Positions 25,619 through 39,334 of a stretch of DNA of 64,000 nucleotides are shown here, piece by piece (positions within the stretch are counted from its first letter, which is position 1; each line of letters begins with the position of its first letter). A program made the translations under genes and the position numbers. Source of the stretch: Haliotis cracherodii. Lineage: Eukaryota. The notes under the pieces were generated by a model. That model ran no database searches, was not told where the DNA came from, and saw only the letters and a program-made list of their open reading frames with translations. The stretch covers positions 35,340,001 to 35,404,000 of the forward strand of contig NW_027266266.1 of NCBI RefSeq assembly GCF_022045235.1, in the 5' to 3' direction.

Positions 25619-25759
25619 CAGTGTTTGAAATTAAGAAGGAACGTCAGGGGAGGCTCCCTTGTCATAGCCCTATTCTTGATAAGGGTCCCTGGTTTGAGGT
25701 AAGGTAGGAGCAAACATCAGAGACCCAGGACCTAGGAGCATCCTCATCTTCAAACACTG
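25619..25759. mobile_element. Small MITE-like element (possibly hAT-like)
   Basis: Perfect 11-bp TIR CAGTGTTTGAA ... TTCAAACACTG; no clean TSD. Confidence 0.45.
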
Positions 25760-26269
25760 GCATGTCTTCATACCTAACTCCCACCCAGAGATGTTGACAT
25801 TGCCATTCTAACAACTCAGTGATGTATGTCAATCTGGAAGTTAATTATTCCCCTGATTACGTCTGCCATTACATGTGAGTTTGTTGCCTGGAACAGTAAA
25901 CACCATTCACTTGTTCAGTACACACTGTGGTTGCTTGGTCATGTTCCTGGTGTTTGTAAAGGGCTTGATATTGTCTTCAAATAGAAAGGCGGGTGTGGAT
26001 ATTATAATTTAAGCTTAAGTCCAACCAGGAAGTAAAAGTCCTTTTCATGTTATGTTTGAGGTAAATGTTTTATCACACTGTCAAAACTTGGTGACCCAAA
26101 TGATAAAGGTAGTAAACCACAGATCACATTCACCAACATGTGACTTGAAAGCTATTACATTGAGACATGACTGGTGTTTGACACTGTGTGAACTGTTGAA
26201 CATTGTGATGTGTGTGAAGTACACCACAGTCAGTACCCTTAAAAAAATCCATGTTTGGACCAGGCCAAC

Positions 26270-27222
26270 CATTGGGTAACTGCAAGAGACACCATCTGTC
26301 TATCCGTGTATGTTGGCACACAATCAGCTAGGCCATACATTGGATAACTGCAAGAGACACCATCCATCCACCTACCTGTCCGTGTACATTGACACACAAT
26401 CAGCTAGGCCATACAATGGATAACTGCAAGAGACACCATCCATCCACCTACCTGTCCGTGTACATTGACACACAATCAGCTAGGCCATACATTGGGTAAC
26501 TGCAAGAGACACCATCCATCCATCCAATTGTCCGTGTACATTAACACACAATCAGCTTGGTCATACATTGGTGTAACTGCAAGAGACACCATCCATCCAT
26601 CCAACTGTCTGTGTACATTAACACACAATCAGCTTGGTCATACATTGGTGTAACTGCAAGAGACACCATCCATCCATCCAACTGTCCGTGTACATTAACA
26701 CACAATCAGCTTGGTCATACATTGGTGTAACTGCAAGAGACACCATCCATCCATCCAATTGTCCGTGTACATTAACACACAATCAGCTTGGTCATACATT
26801 GGTGTAACTGCAAGAGACACCATCCATCCATCCAATTGTCCGTGTACATTAACACACAATCAGCTTGGTCATACATTGGTGTAACTGCAAGAGACACCAT
26901 CCATCCATCCAACTGTCTGTGTACATTAACACACAATCAGCTTGGTCATACATTGGAGTAACTGCAAGAGACACCATCCATCCATCCAACTGTCCGTGTA
27001 CATTAACACACAATCAGCTTGGTCATACATTGGTGTAACTGCAAGAGACACCATCCATCCATCCAACTGTCCGTGTACATTAACACACAATCAGCTTGGT
27101 CATACATTGGTGTAACTGCAAGAGACACCATCCATCCATCCAACTGTCCGTGTACATTAACACACAATCAGCTTGGTCATACATTGGAGTAACTGCAAGA
27201 GACACCATCCATCCATCCATCC
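26270..27222. repeat. 77-bp minisatellite with internal (CCAT)n, ~12 copies
   Basis: Unit TAACTGCAAGAGACACCATCCATCCATCCAACTGTCCGTGTACATTAACACACAATCAGCTTGGTCATACATTGGTG. Confidence 0.95.
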
Positions 27223-27613
27223 ACCCATGCATATAGCACACGTGTGCGTATTATACGCGAAAAAATAAGTCTTGTGTACATTGATCAATCGGAAGGGGTG
27301 CCAATTGGGATTGTTCACTAGCCAATATATCAGCAAATATGGCTTATTAAAGCGGGGTGCTTATTATGTCAAATACGGTAAGTGGTCAGACATGTTGATT
27401 GTGCATGAATTGCAGTGTATCCTCATAATAATATTAATCATTGGTTTGTCTGATCAAGATTTGATTGATGTGATATACCTAAATATTGCTGACTGGCGAT
27501 AAAACCAGTAGCAAATAAATTGTGCCCGAAACCTTCACAGGATCATCACGATCATGTGTGTGTTTATCCAAGAATAAAAGCTCCAATAAATCACAAGTTA
27601 AATATATATACTA

Positions 27614-27772
27614 CAGTTATAACAAACTCAAAGGGACTGCTAATTTTAGTTTGTTATAACCAAAGTTTGTTATAAGCATATGTGTAGCATATGTACAGCA
27701 AATGTACGGGACATGAAGAACACTTATATCCATCAGATCGTTATAAGCGCGTTTGTTGTAAACATATTACTG
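27614..27772. mobile_element. Tc1/pogo-type MITE, degenerate, related to 57781-57925 in the opposite orientation
   Basis: TA|cagttataacaaactcaaagggac...cagcaaatgtacgggac...ttactg|TA shares segments with the reverse complement of the 57781 element. Confidence 0.6.
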
Positions 27773-28510
27773 TATATTATAATATATGCTACATCTTGTA
27801 CACTTTGTTTCACACCTTAAGGGGTGGTTGTGTAGCTGCTGTAGGTAAGGTGTTCACTTGGCACAAGGAAGACCCTGGTTCCATTCACTACATTAGTACA
27901 ATATGTGATATTGCTGAGTAAAACCCTACTCACTCACCCACACTTTTAATGAGCAGCTTATTTGATTAATCTGTACATCTTACTCACGTTTCAGGTAAGA
28001 AAAATTTTCTCACGAGATTTTTTCCTGAGGTCTTTTCTTTTTTAAACTCTTTTCTGTCATTACTCGTAAAGTGAACAGTTACAGTGTTTTTGGTTGATTT
28101 TCGATTAAATATGCGAAGTGGGATCAGTTATTTTCAGACTGTCTCAAAACCAATCCTAGTTTTGATCGCCTAGTTACGAGAGTTCAACATTGAACACACT
28201 ATTTTAGAGGTTTCTGGACAACAGTAAAGTGTGAAATACAGTGGCACACATTGTAAGGTCAGGTTTCCATGGTAACAGGATTAAAAAAACAGTGGTGCTC
28301 ATAAGGACATTATTCCACCTTGATTAAAGCCTATGAATATTGAAATTTTGAATCAAGTTATTTACAGGCAGCTAAGCTGGAACTACTAGTGTATTGAAAA
28401 ATAGTCCTGTTATATTTGGAAGAAAAAGTGAAGTGATTTGTATTGAAGCAATGATCATGACATGCTTGTTCGCTTGAGATTTTCATGGATGTAGTTTTGT
28501 CGGCCTTTTA

Positions 28511-28817
28511 GGTATCACATGGGCACCCTGTTGTATAGGACCCACAGTGGTATCACATGGGCAGCCTGTTGTATAGGGCCCACAATGGTATCACATGGGC
28601 ACCCTGTTGTATAGGGTCCACAGTGGTATCACATGGGCAGAATGTTGTATAGGGCCCACAGTGGTATCACATGGGTACCCTGTTCTATAGGGTCCACAGT
28701 GGTATCACCTGGGCACCCTGTTGTATAGGACCCACAGTGGTATCACATTGGCGCCCTGTTGTAAAGGACCCACAGTGGTATCACATGGGCACCCTGTTGT
28801 AAAGGGCCCACAGTGGT
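28511..28817. repeat. 38-bp minisatellite, ~8 copies
   Basis: Unit GGTATCACATGGGCACCCTGTTGTATAGGGCCCACAGT. Confidence 0.9.
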
Positions 28818-28988
28818 TAACAATCTGTTGTTAAAGGAAAGAAAAGAAAGAGTCAAGACAAGACAATGAGTCCAGGAAGGGAAATATATGTGGCGTTGTC
28901 ATAAATCACATTGTATTTAGTTAAAAGGGTTATGAGGTGTTTTCAGGCAGGGAAGAAATGTTATAATATGTTTGTCACTATAGGGTTA

Positions 28989-29255
28989 AACCCATGAAGA
29001 TCTGGGTAGAGAATAAGAGACTAGGCCTTCAGCAAACCAATCTTGTCGTAAGAGGGGACTATGTTTGTTTTAGGAGACTAACGGGATACGGAGGTGAGGC
29101 TTGCTGACTTCATTAATGCATATCATCGTATCCCAATGGCGTAGATCGCTACTCATGATGTCAATCACTGGATTGTCTGGCCCAGACTTGATTATTTACA
29201 GGCTGCCATCATATACCTGGAATATTGCTGAGTGAGGCGTTAACCAAGAAACCAA
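28989..29255 (+). mobile_element. SINE-B, full-length with TSD
   Basis: TSD cact(a/g)tagggtta at 28976-28988 and 29256-29268; contains ttgtcgtaagagg. Confidence 0.85.
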
Positions 29256-29529
29256 CACTGTAGGGTTATGGGGTGGTTATAAGGTGTTTCCTCCATCAAC
29301 CAGGTTAGAACTGGTTTACAGCAACTTATGCCTGTTATATGGGGCAATTATGTGGATTGGGTGGTCAGGCCTGGTGCCATAGTACCCTGACAGTGTTGGA
29401 CAGTGTATTTATAGGTTGCTGTCATACCGTAGGTATATTGCTGAGTGTGGTGTGTGGACAATACACATACAAACTATGTGTAATCGTGGCAGAATATGTG
29501 GTCAATGCCAAAAAACAAAGGGAAATACT

Positions 29530-31512
29530 GGGGTTTGAATGTTGAGGCCCCAAGCCTTGTTTACTGTTACCAGAGGGTTATGGTAAGGATCAGGGTTTGA
29601 ATGTTTGGGCCCCCAAGCCTTGTTTACTGTTACCAGAGGGTTATGGTAAGGATCAGGGTTTGAATGTTTGGGCCCCCAAGCCTTGTTTACTGTTACCAGA
29701 GGGTTATGGTAAGGATCAGGGTTTGAATGTTGAGGCTCCAAGCCCTGTTTACTGTTACCAGAGGGTTATGGTAAGGATCAGGGTTTGAATGTTGGGCCCC
29801 CAAGCCTTGTTTACTGTTACCAGAGGGTTATGGTAAGGATCAGGGTTTGAATGTTTGGGCCCCCAAGCCTTGTTTACTGTTACTAGAGGGTTATGGAAGG
29901 ATCAGGGTTTGAATGTTGGGCCCCCAAGCCTTGTTTACTGTTACCAGAGGGTTATGGTAAGGATCAGGGTTTGAATGCTGGGCCCCCAAGCCTTGTTTAC
30001 TGTTACCAGAGGGTTATGGTAAGGATCAGGGTTTGAATGTTAGGGCTCCAAGCCTTGTTTACTGTTACCAGAGGGTTATGGTAAGGATCAGGGTTTGAAT
30101 GTTGGGGCTCCAAGCCCTGTTTACTGTTACCAGAGGGTTATTGTAAGGATCAGGGTTTGAATGTTGGGCCCCGAAGCCTTGTTTACTGTTACCAGAGGGT
30201 TATGGTAAGGATCAGGGTTTGAATGTTGGGCCTCCAAGCCTTGTTTACTGTTACCAGAGGGTTATTGTAAGGATCAGGGTTTGAATGTTGGGCCCCCAAG
30301 CCTTGTTTACTGTTACCAGAGGGTTATGGTAAGGATCAGGTTTTGAATGTTTGGGCTCCAAGCCTTGTTTACTGTTACCAGAGGGTTATGGTAAGGATCA
30401 GGGTTTGAATGTTGGGCCCCCAAGCCCTGTTTACTGTTACCAGAGGGTTATTGTAAGGATCAGGGTTTGAATGTTGAGGCTCCAAGCCCTGTTTACTGTT
30501 ACCAGAGGGTTATGGTAAGGATCAGGGTTTGAATGTTGGGCCCCCAAGCCCTGTTTACTGTTACCAGAGGGTTATTGTAAGGATCAGGGTTTGAATGTTG
30601 AGGCTCCAAGCCCTGTTTACTGTTACCAGAGGGTTATGGTAAGGATCAGGGTTTGAATGTTGGGCCTCCAAGCCTTGTTTACTGTTACCAGAGGGTTATG
30701 GTAAGGATCAGGGTTTGAATGTTGGGCCCCCAAGCCTTGTTTACTGTTACCAGAGGGTTATGGTAAGGATCAGGGTTTGAATGTTGGGCCTCCAAGCCTT
30801 GTTTACTGTTACCAGAGGGTTATGGTAAGGATCAGGGTTTGAATGTTGGGCCCCCAAGCCTTGTTTACTGTTACCAGAGGGTTATGGTAAGGATCAGGGT
30901 TTGAATGTTTGGGCCCCCAAGCCTTGTTTACTGTTACCAGAGGGTTATGGTAAGGATCAGGGTTTGAATGTTGGGCCTCCAAGCCTTGTTTACTGTTACC
31001 AGAGGGTTATGGTAAGGATCAGGGTTTGAATGTTGGGCCCCCAAGCCTTGTTTACTGTTACCAGAGGGTTATGGTAAGGATCAGGGTTTGAATGTTGAGG
31101 CTCCAAGCCCTGTTTACTGTTACCAGAGGGTTATGGTAAGGATCAGGGTTTGAATGTTAGGGCTCCAAGCCTTGTTTACTGTTACCAGAGGGTTATGGTA
31201 AGGATCAGGGTTTGAATGTTTGGGCTCCAAGCCTTGTTTACTGTTACCAGAGGGTTATGGTAAGGATCAGGGTTTGAATGTTGAGGCCCCCAAGCCCTGT
31301 TTACTGTTACCAGAGGGTTATGGTAAGGATCAGGGTTTGAATGTTTGGGCCCCCAAGCCTTGTTTACTGTTACCAGAGGGTTATGGTAAGGATCAGGGTT
31401 TGAATGTTGAGGCCCCCAAGCCTTGTTTACTGTTACCAGAGGGTTATGGTAAGGATCAGGGTTTGAATGTTGGGCCTCCAAGCCTTGTTTACTGTTACCA
31501 GAGGGTTATGGC
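29530..31512. repeat. 62/63-bp minisatellite, ~32 copies
   Basis: Unit GGGTTTGAATGTTGGGCCCCCAAGCCTTGTTTACTGTTACCAGAGGGTTATGGTAAGGATCA. Confidence 0.95.
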
Positions 31513-34500
31513 AAGGTCATAATCCCTTCATGCTTCGGGGCTTATGGAGTGTTATGGAGCAGGAAACAGATACAATACCATGTAGGCTGCCAATGTGGCA
31601 AGATAAGATATTTGATTCTGTTACCGGAAAGTAAGGGTCATTGTGTGTTATCATTAATCAGATGTTATCTGAATGGATAGGAAAATATGTGTGATTTTTT
31701 TTGTAATGAAAAGAAAAAGATATGAGCACGTAACAACGTATTGTTTTACATTGACGTAAACGTTTTTGTACTTTTATAAAAGCTATGATAGTACTAGATG
31801 AATTTGTCTGCAAATTTTGCAAAACCATAATCAACACTACAGTGACACCTGCCTCTTTGGCAAGGTCATTGACAAAATGATTTTGTTCATAACATTCAAT
31901 GATGCTCCGATGAGGATGTTTAATATCACTTTGGGCTTCCTCCCACATTAGGCTGGCACTCTGTGATGTGGTTCAAATACTTGTGAACTGATGAAGATGA
32001 AATTGTGACTGCAGGTATGAGGGGCACATGTCATCTGGTGAGGAAATTATATCAAGTGTTACACATCTGCAGAAGCACCTGCCTACACTATAATGTGTTC
32101 CTCGGCACATTGGAAAATGAAGCAAAATTCATAACAAAATCAGTTATACATGTTTAGACCAATACATGTTTTCACATAATAACCCCAAGCCATCCATAAG
32201 TCTCTATGAAATTCTTCAAATGTACAGTTAAATTAACAAATAGATTATGTTTACAAAAGGGGGGCAACTAATGTTGCTCCTAGACTACCTTACTCAGTGT
32301 ACTGTCTGCTTGTTTAGACTTGCTAATTACCAAGACGCAACAACCAGAATGACACAGGTTCTTCCATTTGTACAGCCTTTGTTTTTGTACGATGTTTCTG
32401 ATAATATTACAAGTGAATTCGAGCATTTTCTCATGTACATCAGCCCTAGGGCCAGAATTGCAGTTTGCTTGGCCATCACTCCAGGAGGCTTGTCAATCCA
32501 TTAGGTTTTGAGCAGTTGGACACCTGTGCACGAAACTAGGTTCAGTTAAGGTCCACCCACAACTGTTATTGATCAGAATTAGTTCTGCAGAAAGCAGTCT
32601 CGTGTGTAGGCCTCAATGGGAGCGGGGGTTTTCATGTTATTCAGAATAAATTTTGAACTTCTAATGCCATGTAGGCTTTTTTCATTTTGAAAGGTTTTCT
32701 TCAGGACATTGATTTCTTTTGAGAATGAATGAAGACAAGTTTGGGTTTTGAAATTTGTTATTTTGTTCAGCAGCTGTTGACTATCTCACACCCTCAAATA
32801 ATCATTATAATCATGATAATGGTGTAGACATATATTAGTAGAATGGTAGGCGGGGTAGTTTTCAGTCCTGAGTGTATAAGAAATGGGTATCCTAAATAGG
32901 TTTTATTTATTTATTTTTTAAATTGAGCAGGATTTGACAGTGCAGCAGAGAACTGGCTCAGTAGAGAATTAGCTAAACAGTTGTCTCAAAACATAAACAA
33001 TTAAAGCCTTTGTATTGAATATATTCCCCCAAGTTGTGTTTTCATTCTGATAAGGAGACACAAAACAAGCAAAATAATGAGACTGATTTTTTCATATTTT
33101 CTACTTGAAAGTTGGATGAGGTCAGTTTGAACACTTCTAAATACATGCCAAGCTAGTACTCACATCAACTGATCCCTTACCTGATCGATAGGGGATTTGT
33201 ATGGAATTTAGAGGAATTTGGCGGAACAAGATAAGACTATTCATGATAGTTTAGAGTTGCATTTTTCAAAGCCATGTTATAGGATTAATTTCAATTTCAA
33301 TTTTGGTGAATGTTTTGGTGAATGTTATCATGTTTATTGAAAACATTCGCATGTTTTTATGATTCCTTATATATTTGTAGGAAAACATTTTTTAAGTGAA
33401 ATGTTGCCTGGAATGTTATCAATTGATTAGTTTTGTTAATAATCATAGAACTGGAGAGACTCTCTGTTTGAATATTCTATTTGTTTATGATGATACTTAC
33501 ATTTTGTAATATTGCAGCTACTATTGTATCTAATGGAAAACGCCCATACAGGTATCCATGCTTGTTGTTAAAATAACTTGTGCGATGGAACTGTAAAAAC
33601 ACCTGGCTTAAAACATGTGTTGATTGTTGTGATGGGTCATGTATGGCATTCATTATTGTCACCAATTATGGAGTGATTGATTAAGACATCTGTTCACATT
33701 AGAGAATGAAAAAGTGGTTATGGATGTTTAATAAGTGTAATATTTTGTTACCATTGCTTACTGGTTGACACAGATGGTATCTTCGCTCCAGAAACTTTGA
33801 TGACGAAGATGAGAGGGGTGTGTGTGTGTGGGGGTTGTCCCTAACTTTTGACATGTAGATGTTTTTGTAGACTTAAAATTAAGGATATTAACTTCTACTG
33901 TGAGTGGCATTCAGAGTGGCATTAATGTCCTGATATTAATGTGATAGAAAACTTACAATATCCATTCCAAGTTAAACTAACTGCTGATCGGCTCAATTAT
34001 ATTCTGCATCCAATCACAGCATCCAAGAAGACAGGCTTTGACTTGAATTGTGTGACTGTAACTGAATTTTATGATGCAAGTCTGTTGAATTCCTGTATGG
34101 GGCTTTGTCCAGACTTAGAACTTTTTAACTGGACTTGCAATCTACTGGACTTGTCAGTCTGGCTGTCGGGCTTTATATGATGTGTCATTTAAAGCTAATG
34201 TATTAAAGTTTGTATTGTTTCTACAGCAGATCTTTGGGTCTGAGGCCATTGCTCACTCTGTGTTGGGAGTGCTTGATTTCCTCAGTGTTTTGGAGACCAG
34301 TAGTTGGCACAGCTGGCTCTTCCATTCACCTCCCACACAATTCAATTTGTGACTCTCCTGGCCTTGGACTTCCTGATTGAATAACTGCTCTTTGCTTCTG
34401 GATGAATGCTGATGAATAACTGATTGATGATTCTCATTAGCAAGGGGCAACTTTCACAGTTTGGGCTTTAACATAGTGTAAAACTTAGCTCCATATGACT

Positions 34501-37500
34501 AGTGCTGATCTGCTGTCTGTTCAGGGGAATTGATGCAAGAAAAGTATTGATCGTTTTATTTGACAGTTTCAGACACAATGGAGATTATGCCCAGTGATTA
34601 GTCTGGTATATAGATCGGGTATGACAAACACTGGCTCTGACAGTGAGGGAGGACATATTCAGGTGTTCTCGCTGGCTTTTGAAACTGCCAGCCTGGTGCA
34701 CTCACGCATCTCTAAAACTTACCAGTCCACCCAAACTTTCAACAAACAAAAAAACATAGGAAAATCACCAGGTTATAAATCTTTCAATCTCATGATCAAT
34801 GCAATGACATCATCTCTGAAGTAACTTAGTTAGATCTTCCGGTCATTCACACAAAGTTCAGTCAGACTTTTCTCTCTCTTTTCTTTTGAATATTTCAAGA
34901 CTTAGTCACAACAAATATATATTTTACCTCAAAGCATATCAAAATATTATTTCCTTGCACTGAAAATAGACAAGGGGAAACCCTGATGATAACTGACAAG
35001 TTGACTTCGAAAAATCTACTTATATGAATATCACAGATGTTTGCTCAACAACAAAGATTTATAAGGTACTTTATTTGCTGGTCAAATACAAGTCTAATTT
35101 TACTGGTGAAAAACTGGTAATTACCAGTAAACAGGAAAACTGATATTCTCTAATCCCTATGAGTATTGCAGCTATTTGCTGTACTGGCCAGTATACAATA
35201 TTCAAGTCCTTATCTTGGACTCATATGCTGATCCTTTAAACAGATGCCATCACATACCACCACCAATCACTGGTGTGATTGTCCCATTCAGTTGTTTACA
35301 AGGAGCTGTCATATAGCTGCAATATCGATGACTTAGATCCTGATCTGTGTAGGGTGTTCTATTGGCCGTTCTCATGCTTATAAGCCTGATCAAAGACTCT
35401 TTTATTGCTATTATCAAGTTCTGTTGTAACTGCAATGAAATTAATTTTTGAGAGAGTGGTAGATCCTTTAATTGTAGAGATATAGTGAAGTGGAAGGCCA
35501 GCCAAATGCTCAGAGAAGCCTACGATGGCAAGCAATGGAACAAATGTAGGAAATAATGAAATTAGTTATGAGAATCATATCCCTTATAATTTTAGTACAC
35601 ATCAAAACAAATGAAATATTTTTGTTTGTCTCAGACCTCTTTGATGGTGCAATATATTTGAAATGAGTGCTAATTGCAGCCACATGCAATAAACACAGAT
35701 GTCACATTATCGGCTAATGTTATAAGCTTCATTGTTTTCCAAGCTACAAAGGGTAGAGGTAGTTACAGGGATCAGTAGCTGAAGTTTGGTCATAAATGTT
35801 TCTGGTGCTCACATTCCAATAACATGATATTATAATGGTGTGTGTGGGAGTTGGAGAGTGTTATCTTACAAACTGTCTGACATGGGGATGGAATTAGTGG
35901 CAGATGTGTGTCCAGGAGAAACTACTTGTGGTTGTCCTGATGGCCGCCATGGAGACCCACAGACACCAAATACTGCATACACTGGACACCCAGCTATCAC
36001 AGCTTACTTCAATGAAGGGTGTTAGTGTTGTAGTGGGGCCAGATTGGGGAATATCTGGCTGATGATTAAAAGGATGTTATGCTAGAGTTGAATCATGTGG
36101 ATCATGATAAGGAGGTCAAGTGGCCACGCAGTCTAACGTGCCATGACGTGATGAGCATGAGTAGGCTCTGTAAGGAACCTCACTCACTCACTCACTCACT
36201 CACTCACTCATGTACAGGTGGCTGTTTGAAAGCCGATGTGAAATTGCCACCAACCATGACTATGCAGTCTCATTAAGGAAGAATTCTACTGACCACTTGC
36301 TGACCACAACAACTCAAGGTCTGTGGCTGTGAGGCTCCATAGGGGTAGGTCAGCATGGTCAGGGTGTTGATGTCTGGTAATTTCTGGGGAGGGGATGCCC
36401 TGAATGCACACCCCACCCACCCAAGATCCAACTGAGTATGTTCAGGTTTTCCAAACCCTGTTCACATGCAGCCTTGTACCACTGGATAACTTGCCAGATT
36501 CGTTTAAGGAGGTGGAGTATCACTTGATCAAGTTTGTAGGTAATCAATAACTTTCTGTGCTGGAGATATATCCCCCTCATCCCCCTCATTCAATAGTAAT
36601 GTGTGTGACCCCTCTCGACCTTTCTCAATGGCCCCCATCTGACTTGTAAATGCTGTTTACAAACTTCCTCCCTTTTGTGAAGTTTGTAATATATATTAAT
36701 GTAATACTATGCATTGTGTACCCAGTCAGTTTGCAATGTCTTTGACAAAAGTCACTATTAATTACATGAAGACCAGATGGTAGAGTATAGCACCCTCCGC
36801 TTATTTTGAGTAAACATTTAAACTATTCATGCATGTGACCTTGGCTTGGAGGCCAGCCAGGTTCTGATGCTGTTTGAGATGTGAATGAACCTCATTACTT
36901 CATGCTGAGGAAAACATTCTGTGAAGAAACTTGGTGAACAAAGCAGAGGTGCTGCAGAGAAGGACTGTTTTGTAATGGTATGACAAAAGAAATAAGAACT
37001 TTTGGACAGGCTTACAATTTTCCTGCTGATGATCTTGTTTTTCGTAATAGTCGATAGTCCCTCATCAGTAGCCAGTAATAGATAATGCCTGCATGATATT
37101 ACACTGCCTGCATAGTCTGCCGACGAATATGCCAGTTATCCATGACAGTTTAGTGAGTATCGTGCCAATGACAGGGACAGTAAACAGAGATAATTTTCCC
37201 ACTTCATGAGACTCCAAGGCTTCAAATAACTGCAAAATTTGATAACACATGTGTTTTGAAAGTGTAATCATCAAGGTTCCTATATTAAGTAGTATGGACT
37301 TGAGGTGAAACGAAACAGCAAGGTCAAGATACAAAGGTCACGATACAAAACATATCGTGTTATGCATATTTACGTCAAATCTCTTGGAAATGTCTTGACT
37401 ATAAATATTTCAGAGCAGGTTCAAAAGGAATCGGCTCATGTAAACTCACGATGCACCGCTGCACCAGTGTACCTCTAGTATTGACTGCTTTTATATGTTG

Positions 37501-37509
37501 GGTCACAGG

Positions 37510-37700
37510 GTTACCCTGTCATAATTCACTGTGCAGAGTTGTGTCCCTTAGGCAAGACAGGATTGTAAGTTTGAATTCTGATTTGGCCTGATTATGTTTT
37601 TGATATTTGTCAACACCATGCCAGTGCTCATGGGTTTTACCAAAGTGGTATGTGTCTGAGACCTACATAACTTGGGACTTTCTTTCCACATCAAGCTGAC
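37510..37700 (+). mobile_element. SINE-C copy running into a minisatellite
   Basis: aattcactgtgcagagttgtgtccctt..tgctcatgggttttaccaaagtggta..ttccacatcaagctgac. Confidence 0.65.
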
Positions 37701-38330
37701 ATCCTGGAGACACCCGTTCCTGTGCAGGTGTTCCTGGAATCCTGGAGACACCCGTTACTGTGCAGGTGTTCCTGGGATCCTGGAGACACCCGTTACTCTG
37801 CAGGTGTTCCTGGGATCCTGGAGACACCCGTTACTGTGCAGGTGTTCCTGGAATCCTGGAGACACCCGTTACTCTGCAGGTGTTCCTGGGATCCTGGAGA
37901 CACCCGTTACTCTGCAGGTGTTCCTGGGATCCTGGAGACTCTCGTTACTGTGCAGGTTTTCCTGGGATCCTGAAGACACCCAGTACTGTGCAGGTGTTCC
38001 TTTGGATCCTGGAGACTCTCGTTACTGTACAGGTGTTCCTGGGATCCTGGAGACACTCGTTACTGTGCAGGTGTTACTGTGCAGGTGTTCCTGGGATCCT
38101 GGAGTCACCCATTACTGTGCAGGTGTTCCTGGCATCCTGGAGACACCCATTACTGTGCAGGTGTTCCTTGGATCCTGGAGACAGGTGTTACTGTGCAGGT
38201 GTTCCTGGGATCCTGGGGACACGCGATACTATGCAGGTGTTTCTGGGATGCTGGAGACAGGTGTTACTGAGCAGGTGTTCCTGGCATCCTGGAGACAGGT
38301 GTTACTGTGCAGGTGTTCCTGGGATCCTGG
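37701..38330. repeat. 38-bp minisatellite, ~16 copies
   Basis: Unit TCCTGGAGACACCCGTTACTGTGCAGGTGTTCCTGGGA. Confidence 0.92.
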
Positions 38331-38515
38331 GTTTGATTCCTAGGTTCTTTCTGATTACAATTCTAGGTTTATCAGCAATATATCTAGCTCATAGGTGTGA
38401 TCCAATTGGTGTATTGTGTAGTCTGTGTCATTCTGGGATTTCCTCCCACATCAAGCTGAGATGCAGGATATTATTGAAATATTTTTCAAAGGTGTGGGGT
38501 TAATCCCAACTCACT
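38325..38515 (+). mobile_element. SINE-C copy from B box to tail
   Basis: cctgggtttgattcc..ctaggtttatcagc..gggatttcctcccacatcaagctga..cccaactcact. Confidence 0.6.
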
Positions 38516-39334
38516 AACTCTATCAAAAAGTGTCCGGCTGTGAAATGTCATTGTTATAGAAACTGTTGCTATTCTGTTAAAGATGACATCCTCCACATTA
38601 AGCCGACACATTGTGGTATTATTAAGATGCCCCATTTTCTGCTGAATGAAAGGTGGCTTTATAACCAGGTGAGAGTGTACTGTTGAAAGTGGGGTCATGT
38701 GAGTTGGCCCAAGGAATAGACAGCCATCACATGACATGCGTTACACAATGTATTAGTGATGTTGCAGTTATGCCATAACACTGTAGACTAATCACAGACT
38801 GCTGACAGCGACATCAGGGTAATATTGAAAGAGGCTTGTCACAAAACTAAAAGTGTATGTATAACAGACAATAAGATAATCTGTATTAAAACTTCTGTAA
38901 ATATTTCAGAGTAGGCATATTTGTGGACTGTCTTGAGCATAGATAGATGATGACACATTCAAAGTTACTAAAGAAGACAACGTGCACAAGGGGAAGGGGT
39001 TGCTCACTAGATTTCCTAACAGATCTGTAATTCATATAATGTTGAATGTGAGCTCCACCTGTTGAGAGCCCCCGCTACTGACCAGCCAGGAGCCCCACTC
39101 TCACATGGTATTCTCATTCTAACTCTTGGTGGCAGATAGCACTACCTTGTTTATCAACACTCACCAATGAGCATGCAGATCAAGGTCAGAGTTCATGTTT
39201 AGATCAATGTCATGGTCACTGATGCAGAGTGGAGGGGGTGATATTGATTTCAAGCAGTGTGTTGTGGCCTCTCTGCATCTGTTTGGTATTGACTGGGATG
39301 ACACTTGCGGGCTTATAGATACACAAGAGCCTAC

